Virus record (IMG/VR): IMGVR_UViG_3300021963_000021
Span: 62,001-126,000 of that record
Reading direction: 5' to 3' (one strand)
DNA: 64,000 bases
The notes under the pieces were generated by a model, which ran no database searches, was not told the DNA's origin, and saw only the letters and a program-made list of their open reading frames with translations. Of this stretch, positions 38,972 through 45,209 are shown piece after piece. Position numbers and translations under genes: made by a program. How positions within the stretch are numbered: the stretch's first letter is position 1; the number at the start of each line of letters is the position of its first letter.

Positions 38972-41584
38972 TTACCCTATTAGATTACCTGAAAGTTTTC
39001 TAGTATAGTCTATTTGTTCTCTATGTAAAGATTGACGGTCTTGGGTCAGTTGTATTAGTGTTGCCATGTTAGTGTTAAATTCAGAAATCAAATCTTGTAG
39101 ATTTACATTAGCGCCATTTTTAGCAATATTTTCCATTTGACTGATATCTAACTGAGCAGTGTCAGAAGGTGCTGCTCCCATGGTTCCTTTATTATATTTG
39201 TATATTTGTCTAGGATCTAAAACATTTTCATTAAATTCAAAACCTTTTGCTCTATAATCACCTTTGGTCATTTGGAAATGAAGATGTTTAGGAATAGCAG
39301 ATCCGTCTTTGTTAGTTCCAGTGTTACCCATGAAACCAATCATTTGATCTTTTGTTACCTTCTGTCCATTGATAGCTTCCATGGTATCTTTGCCTCGATC
39401 AGAAAGATGCATATAGATCGAAGTTAGATCAGCGTCGGGGTGATATATCTTAACCATATTTCCCTGAGGTTTACCTGTATCATAGCTGGAAGATGCTATA
39501 CCTGCAGCAATCGACCTAATAGGAATATCTGTGTCAGATTTATCTTTTGGTACTATGTCATTGCCATAGTGGTAATTGCCATTAGGGCCGTTTCTAGGTC
39601 CTACTCCGGATGTCATAACATAGTTTTCCATGTTAGCCATTGGAGTGCTTAGTCCTTCAAGTTTGCCTGAGCTGACTACTGTTGCTGTATCAGTTGTGAC
39701 ATTTCTACCCGAAGGAGTTACTACATTTCCTCCCGGCGCAGGAGCTGCCTGGGGTTTGCCTCCCGGTCCTGATACTATTCCGCCTTGAATCGGCAAGGCT
39801 TTTGCTCCTAGGAAATTAGAATCGCCTGTTATGCCTGTGACACCTAATGATTCTGCCCGTTGGACTCGTCTTGCTTTTGCCTGATTAACTTCAGCTCTTT
39901 CATCTTCAGGAGTTATTTTTCTGTCTTTATACTCACCTTCTTTGCTAAATGCTCTCATAAAAGCATATTTTGAAGTTATCATCATTCGTTCAAAAAAGTA
40001 TTCTATCTCACTTTTAATAAACTCTGTGCCTTTTTCTGATTGTAGATTAGTGAAAAAAGAATCTATAGTTGGTAGTGTTATAGCTGCTAGTTTAACTAAT
40101 GATTCGCCAAATTTTCCTAGCATTCCGGGAATATCGTATTTGCCTATCGCATCACTGAGTTTTCTAAAATAAGGAAGTAGTGCTATAATAAATTCTTTCT
40201 TAAACTCATCAAAGGCCAACGCCATGTCATTCAACAATTTTGTCAATGGACTTCGTTTCTTTGCTTCAGCATCTGCTGCGTCATAGGCATCAAGAGCATT
40301 GGCCACAGATGTTTTTCCATCTCTAGTAAATCTTATAAAACTTCCTGTAGCACCCGATAACGCTCTATTCAGTTCGTTGTTGCCGCCATCCATTTGAGAA
40401 TAGACCTTTAGAATCCTGTCATTGGCCTTGACAAAATCTATAATCCCTGCTGCGTTATCTCCGTAGGCTTTTCTTAGTATAGGTTCAAATTGTTCTACAG
40501 TCACAGTAGCATCTTTGGCTTTTGCCAGAATCTCTTGCATAGATATACCTGACTTGGCGATGCTTTGTTTTAGTATTTGAGCCTCCATGCCAAACGGTTC
40601 CATGCCTAGTGCGTTGGCTTTATAGAGTTCTGCTCCTGCTTTTCCGTACAAACCTGTGAACATAGCCAACGCTGCGTCCATTTTAGCTGCTCCAAGTGGA
40701 CCTTGTTTGATTTTTTCTCGTTGGTACTGTAGATCCTGTGTAGCCACAGCCATTTGTTCTTCAAGCTGAGCTGCTGTTACACCAGTGATCTTTGTTAATC
40801 TTTCTAGATTTAATTGATAAAATCCAAACTGTTTATTAAAATCAGCGTCAGATAATTTTTTTCTATCGGCTCCTCTCATAGTATTCTTCATGAAATTCAT
40901 TTGAGCTTCAGAAACGTCCTTGGCACTGTAACCAATCTGTCTAAAGATTTCTCGACCAACACCGCCTTGCTTGTTTATAACTTCATTGTAGTGCGCAAAG
41001 TCTTCAGCACCTTGTGTAACTGTGCCGCCAAATCCTGCTAGAAATTCTGAGTTTTTGTTTATAATGCCTACAAAATCATCCAACGACAAGTAAGTCCTTG
41101 CCGCTGCTAATCTCATTTCTAAAATGCTGTTGTTAAATGTTGCGCCCGATCTGCTGGATTTTTTAAGACTTTCGTTCCAAGATTCAAATTGCTCTATGGT
41201 GTAAGATATCGTATCGCCAAATATGCCCAGCACTCTACCAAATATTGGTATTTCTTTTAAAACTTGATTGCTTAGTACACTGGTATACGAACTGATTTTA
41301 TCATTACCCGCAGCCATAAGCCCAGCAAATGAACCCATAGCACCTACAACGTTACCTATCTGATCTGCTACAGCACCTGCGGCTTTGCCTAGTACCGAAG
41401 CCGGACTTACTGAGCTGCCCGGAGCTTCGGCGGGTCCGGAACTTGAAGAAGCATTAGACCTCTTCATTCCTTTGTTCATATTGTTTACACTACGAACTAT
41501 TTCCTGTAAGGTAGCCTCACTGGCAGCATTCATGATTGTGCCGGATAATTGATTACCTAATATTTCAACTTTTGTATTAGCCAT
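38972..41584 (-). CDS. Tape-measure-like protein, paralogue A, with M23 metallopeptidase domain
   Basis: Long helical region; YHYGND (HxxxD), GNMVKIYH, YMHL, IGFMGNTG and PKHLHFQ (HxH) M23 motifs. Confidence 0.8.
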   Translation of the reverse strand: MANTKVEILGNQLSGTIMNAASEATLQEIVRSVNNMNKGMKRSNASSSSGPAEAPGSSVSPASVLGKAAGAVADQIGNVVGAMGSFAGLMAAGNDKISSYTSVLSNQVLKEIPIFGRVLGIFGDTISYTIEQFESWNESLKKSSRSGATFNNSILEMRLAAARTYLSLDDFVGIINKNSEFLAGFGGTVTQGAEDFAHYNEVINKQGGVGREIFRQIGYSAKDVSEAQMNFMKNTMRGADRKKLSDADFNKQFGFYQLNLERLTKITGVTAAQLEEQMAVATQDLQYQREKIKQGPLGAAKMDAALAMFTGLYGKAGAELYKANALGMEPFGMEAQILKQSIAKSGISMQEILAKAKDATVTVEQFEPILRKAYGDNAAGIIDFVKANDRILKVYSQMDGGNNELNRALSGATGSFIRFTRDGKTSVANALDAYDAADAEAKKRSPLTKLLNDMALAFDEFKKEFIIALLPYFRKLSDAIGKYDIPGMLGKFGESLVKLAAITLPTIDSFFTNLQSEKGTEFIKSEIEYFFERMMITSKYAFMRAFSKEGEYKDRKITPEDERAEVNQAKARRVQRAESLGVTGITGDSNFLGAKALPIQGGIVSGPGGKPQAAPAPGGNVVTPSGRNVTTDTATVVSSGKLEGLSTPMANMENYVMTSGVGPRNGPNGNYHYGNDIVPKDKSDTDIPIRSIAAGIASSSYDTGKPQGNMVKIYHPDADLTSIYMHLSDRGKDTMEAINGQKVTKDQMIGFMGNTGTNKDGSAIPKHLHFQMTKGDYRAKGFEFNENVLDPRQIYKYNKGTMGAAPSDTAQLDISQMENIAKNGANVNLQDLISEFNTNMATLIQLTQDRQSLHREQIDYTRKLSGNLIG

Positions 41585-41625
41585 TGTGCTCTACCAATAT
41601 TAAAAACACCAGAAATCTGCGTACA

Positions 41626-41652
41626 TAAATAATTCTGATACTACTATTTATA
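41626..41652. promoter_or_regulatory. Face-to-face late promoters for the divergent gp26-like and tape-measure genes
   Basis: TAAATA on + at 41626-41631; TATAAATA on - at 41645-41652. Confidence 0.65.
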
Positions 41653-41663
41653 GGTGTAAAAAC

Positions 41664-42584
41664 ATGCCAGATTTTGATCCAACTAATTCAGGAATTAGAC
41701 AGAAGCTAGGAGAGGCCGTGCCCACGCAAGCTGCTGCCACTAATCCGTTGGCTTCGTTTTTTAGACAGCCAAAACTTTTTATTTCGTTGCCTAGCAAAGG
41801 CAGATACTACCCAGCAGGTTCTCTAGACACTACAGAAACAGGAGAACATGCGGTATTTGCTATGACAGCCAGAGACGAGTTAATTTTTAAAACTCCAGAT
41901 GCTCTAATGAACGGTCAAGCTACTATAGAAGTAATCAAAAGTTGTATTCCAACTATCAAAAATCCATGGGTAATACCTAGCATTGACGTTGACGCTATTC
42001 TAGTAGCTATCAGAATGGCTACCTACGGCACAGAAATGGATGTAACCACAGGCTGTCCCAAGTGCGGAAACAGCAACGATTTTGCTGTGGACCTTAGAAC
42101 AGTTTTAGATAAGCTAAATCAAATCACTATCACAGAACAGGTAGAGATTGGCACAGACATGCTGATTCATCTAAGACCGTTAGACTACAGTCAAATGACA
42201 AAGACAGCTTTAAAAACTTTTGAACATCAAAGAATTTTTAACATCGTCAATGACGAATCCATGACTGAGGAAGATAAACTTAAGATGTTCCAAGAAAGTT
42301 TTATCAAACTCACAGACATCACTATCGATTCGGCTGTAAACTGTATCAGTAAAATTGAAAGCTCAGCTGGCAGCACAGACAATCCAGTTTACATCAAAGA
42401 GTTTTTACAGAAAGCTGATAAGTCAGTGTTCCAAAAAATCAATGAAGCTATCAACAAGTCCGCTGAAAAAGGTACAATGAGCTCGTTTTCAGCTACCTGT
42501 CAAAATGCCGAATGTAAACATGAGTGGAATGTGAACCTTACTATGGATCAATCGGATTTTTTCGGTCAAGGCTTTCGCAACTAA
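41664..42584 (+). CDS. gp26: Baseplate hub assembly protein / tail assembly chaperone, gp26-like
   Basis: LPSKG..Y, MTARDE, D.DAILVAIR.ATYG, CPKC and C..C motifs, ends DFF. Confidence 0.75.
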   Translation: MPDFDPTNSGIRQKLGEAVPTQAAATNPLASFFRQPKLFISLPSKGRYYPAGSLDTTETGEHAVFAMTARDELIFKTPDALMNGQATIEVIKSCIPTIKNPWVIPSIDVDAILVAIRMATYGTEMDVTTGCPKCGNSNDFAVDLRTVLDKLNQITITEQVEIGTDMLIHLRPLDYSQMTKTALKTFEHQRIFNIVNDESMTEEDKLKMFQESFIKLTDITIDSAVNCISKIESSAGSTDNPVYIKEFLQKADKSVFQKINEAINKSAEKGTMSSFSATCQNAECKHEWNVNLTMDQSDFFGQGFRN

Positions 42585-42634
42585 CAATCCCCGAAGTCCT
42601 AGCGGAGACGAAAGCCCTTGATGATCAAGCTAGG
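42557..42634 (+). other. Putative programmed -1 ribosomal frameshift signal (slippery heptamer plus pseudoknot)
   Basis: T TTT TTC at 42557-42563 in the gp26 frame; stem 1 GGCTTTCG/CGAAAGCC (42570-77/42609-16); stem 2 CCTAGC/GCTAGG (42598-603/42629-34). Confidence 0.7.
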
Positions 42635-42793
42635 TCGATCAAACTTGAAGCTATGAGAACTGTTTGGTATATGCGTGGCGGTATTAGTTTTGCTGAAAGC
42701 ATGAACCTCAGCCACGATGAACGTCAGTTAGTCAGTGATATAGTCAAAGACAACATGGACATAACCAAGCAAAGTGGCTTGCCCTTCTTCTAA
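42563..42793 (+). CDS. gp51-like baseplate hub assembly domain, probably expressed as a -1 frameshift extension of gp26
   Basis: WYMRGGISF.E.MNLS..ER motif; lies in the -1 frame overlapping the gp26 end; no convincing SD/start of its own. Confidence 0.65.
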   Translation, partial: RSRLSQLTIPEVLAETKALDDQARSIKLEAMRTVWYMRGGISFAESMNLSHDERQLVSDIVKDNMDITKQSGLPFF

Positions 42794-44047
42794 TTATCCA
42801 GCAGCGCCTGGAGCAGAAACCTTCTTCAGCATGTTCATGACCTTAGTTGTTGTCTGAGGATCAGCTTTTATCAATGCTGTGAACGCAGTTGCCAATGCCT
42901 GCTGTTGTTTCATAGATAGATTGCCACCGGTCATAACAGCTTTAACAGAAGTCTGTAGTAGACTTGGATCAACACCTGGTAACAGTTGAGCCATTTGTCT
43001 AGCATTTAGAGAACCTTCAACATCGCCACTGCCACCATCAGCTCCGCCGAGGCTTCCTGTGTTACCGCCAGCTGCCTGTGAAAAGCCCTGAGCAAATTTG
43101 CCCATCATGCCTTGTTTTGGTTTGTCTTGATCTAGACCCGGAGTTGTGCCTGAAGCACCTGTGTTGATGTTCTGACCTGCGCCTAGCTTGTAACTATCTT
43201 GTACAGCACGTAACAGTGCTTGGTCAATGATAGAACTTGGTAATACTTTTACATCGCCTTCTTCATCTAGTTCCATGTTTTCTAGATCTAGATTTTCAAA
43301 TGCTTTACCAAACTTGGCTTTAGCTGCTTTAAACCCACCACCTGTGGTTGCGCCTACGCCCTGTTTGGCTTTGAGTTTAGCTTTAAGATCAGCTTGTGGA
43401 TTTGCCGGCGCAGCAGCAGCTGGCTCAGCAGCAGTAGCGGCAGTTGAACCGCCAACACCTGCCAGTGATTTGATCCTTGCCAATGGATCAGTTGTTGTGC
43501 TTGGTACACCTGTTGGCACTGGATTTCCACTAGGATCAGTAACGCTGACATTGGCTTTGGGCGCAAATCCAGCAGGAGTATCTGCGGCTCCGCCGCCCGC
43601 GGCAGGAGTTTCTCCACCTGGTGGTACTTCGATATTACCAGTAGGTTCGATTTTTTGTTGAGCATCGCCACCGGCAGCAGCTTTTTTCTGTGCCATCCTG
43701 TCGCGGAATGCTGAAATGTTTGAAGAACCTTTGCCTAGAACTCCTGTTGGAGCACCAGCGTCATGACCTGCTATAATCTTTTCTACGCCCTGTGTAGGAT
43801 ATCCACTTTGTTGTAAGAACATCATCAACGCTTCGGAATTAGGTTGTTGTCCTGTTTTACCTAGGTACCTATTAAACTCTTTTCTAAGAGCAATAGCATC
43901 GTTACCAGCATCTAATACACCAGTTGATTTACTGTGTCCTAGCTTAGACGCTATTTTGCGTCCAGCACGACCAAATACTCCCATACCTGCGGGTGCTTCG
44001 TCAAGTTGTTGTAATTCAGATTCTGTTATAACGTCGTGGATTTTCAT
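42794..44047 (-). CDS. Low-complexity Ala/Gly-rich putative internal head (ejected) protein
   Basis: N-terminus MKIHDVITESELQQLDEA with I/L-x-E sites; internal RIKSLAGV resembles the scaffold C-terminus; TAAATA at 44073-44078. Confidence 0.55.
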   Translation of the reverse strand: MKIHDVITESELQQLDEAPAGMGVFGRAGRKIASKLGHSKSTGVLDAGNDAIALRKEFNRYLGKTGQQPNSEALMMFLQQSGYPTQGVEKIIAGHDAGAPTGVLGKGSSNISAFRDRMAQKKAAAGGDAQQKIEPTGNIEVPPGGETPAAGGGAADTPAGFAPKANVSVTDPSGNPVPTGVPSTTTDPLARIKSLAGVGGSTAATAAEPAAAAPANPQADLKAKLKAKQGVGATTGGGFKAAKAKFGKAFENLDLENMELDEEGDVKVLPSSIIDQALLRAVQDSYKLGAGQNINTGASGTTPGLDQDKPKQGMMGKFAQGFSQAAGGNTGSLGGADGGSGDVEGSLNARQMAQLLPGVDPSLLQTSVKAVMTGGNLSMKQQQALATAFTALIKADPQTTTKVMNMLKKVSAPGAAG

Positions 44048-44087
44048 TTGTCAATTCCTAAAAGCGATATCTTATTTATTCTTATAA

Positions 44088-44543
44088 GAGCGAGACAAGC
44101 TCGCTCGTGTTTTTCGCTTTCGCTCAAACACTTTTTTATTTCTTAATATTATTTAATCTTAGATGCGAAGCATTAAGTATTATCTAGATTGTTCAGTCAC
44201 ACTTAGCCCGTTGCCGGGCTAAAAAAACTGAGCATTATCTGAGTTGCACAGTCACACAGCAGTAGAGCATTACAGAGGCGGTTGTCCGGTACCTCGAGCT
44301 CCGTCTTATCACAACGGCGGTATACGCAAATCTGCTATCACTAGCGTATACGTAGGGTTTTTCTCCCTTCTTTTTGCCTATATTAACTCCGTTCAAACAG
44401 CAAAACCGCAGGCGAATTTGCGATCGTGGTCCTGTTAAGGATACTTGCTGAGCACTTTTAGCGGCGAAAAGATTTCCGTCCCTCTTGTTATCGAGTTGTC
44501 ACTGGGCGCACGATGTTAGCCTGCGCTAGCTAAAAATCCGCTT
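44088..44543 (-). ncRNA. Candidate large structured non-coding RNA (~460 nt) immediately 3' of the GIY-YIG gene
   Basis: Longest non-coding gap in the window; about ten hairpins; GNRA loops (GCAA, GAAA) on the minus strand; duplicated 24-nt module. Confidence 0.6.
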
Positions 44544-44978
44544 TTATTTTGCCTTTTTATGTTCTTCTAGACGCTGTCTAAGTATGTTTGAGCCGCCAAC
44601 TCTGACGTTTATAATGCCATTATAATAGTCATCTGTTTCTAAAACTCTGCGCTCGAACTGCTCTCTAGCTTCAAGATAGCTCATTTCTGCCTTGGATTTA
44701 CAAAGATAAAGTATTTCTCTAGTGAAGTTTTCCGGACCTAATGCTTGGACGTCTGCGTTTAACCTATCAGATGAGCCGAAATAGTCGCGCCAATCGCTTT
44801 CTACTACAGATCTTCTTTTAAGTTTTTTGCCTTTGAGTGGAGGTTTAGTACGTTTGAATTGTGCTAGTTTCTTGCCTATGTACTTTTGCCCGGATTTAAG
44901 ATTCGTGATGAGATAAACAAAGCCAATGTAGCCTTCGGGTATTTCTTCTACGGGTTGATTTTGATATGTCCAAAGCAC
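44544..44978 (-). CDS. Stand-alone GIY-YIG (Seg-like) nuclease, catalytic domain only
   Basis: GFVYLITN...KYIGKK, YFGSS, FTREIL, conserved E (YLEAREQ) and YYN; 144 aa; GTG start 5 nt after TAACTA. Confidence 0.85.
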   Translation of the reverse strand: MLWTYQNQPVEEIPEGYIGFVYLITNLKSGQKYIGKKLAQFKRTKPPLKGKKLKRRSVVESDWRDYFGSSDRLNADVQALGPENFTREILYLCKSKAEMSYLEAREQFERRVLETDDYYNGIINVRVGGSNILRQRLEEHKKAK

Positions 44979-45209
44979 TCACTTAGTTATTTTTGGTGGT
45001 CTGCCTAGTTTGCCTTTTCTGGCTGCTTTACGTTCTTGCCTTTTGTTTTGTATCTCTACTCGCCTTGTGCTTGCCTCATTGCGTATTTCTGAAAGCCAAT
45101 ATCGTGCCTTAATAGCTGCTTCGTCTGAGCCTCTGTATTCAAAGCGTTCCTGCCACTTAAAGTATTCTTGGAACGCTTTGATCATTCGATCGTGTGTTTC
45201 TGTGGTCAT
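44979..45209 (-). CDS. Small basic protein, Hc1/histone-H1-like with AT-hook-like tail
   Basis: F...G...AA.KAR..L.EI......RR.EI pattern; C-terminal RKGKLGRPPK. Confidence 0.5.
   Translation of the reverse strand: MTTETHDRMIKAFQEYFKWQERFEYRGSDEAAIKARYWLSEIRNEASTRRVEIQNKRQERKAARKGKLGRPPKITK

Noticed and set aside
44179-44257. CRISPR mini-array
   Set aside because: Only two imperfect repeats, the intervening sequence is itself a hairpin, and no cas genes are present.
44244-44438. 64-aa plus-strand ORF in the structured gap
   Set aside because: TTG start without SD, no recognisable protein features, and it runs antisense to the strand favoured by the GNRA loops.
44088-44978. Group I intron carrying a GIY-YIG homing endonuclease
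   Set aside because: No interrupted host gene is evident: gp46 and the 76-aa gene end normally and the downstream gene has its own promoter and start. I could not identify P7/catalytic-core motifs. A cmscan run is needed to exclude it fully.
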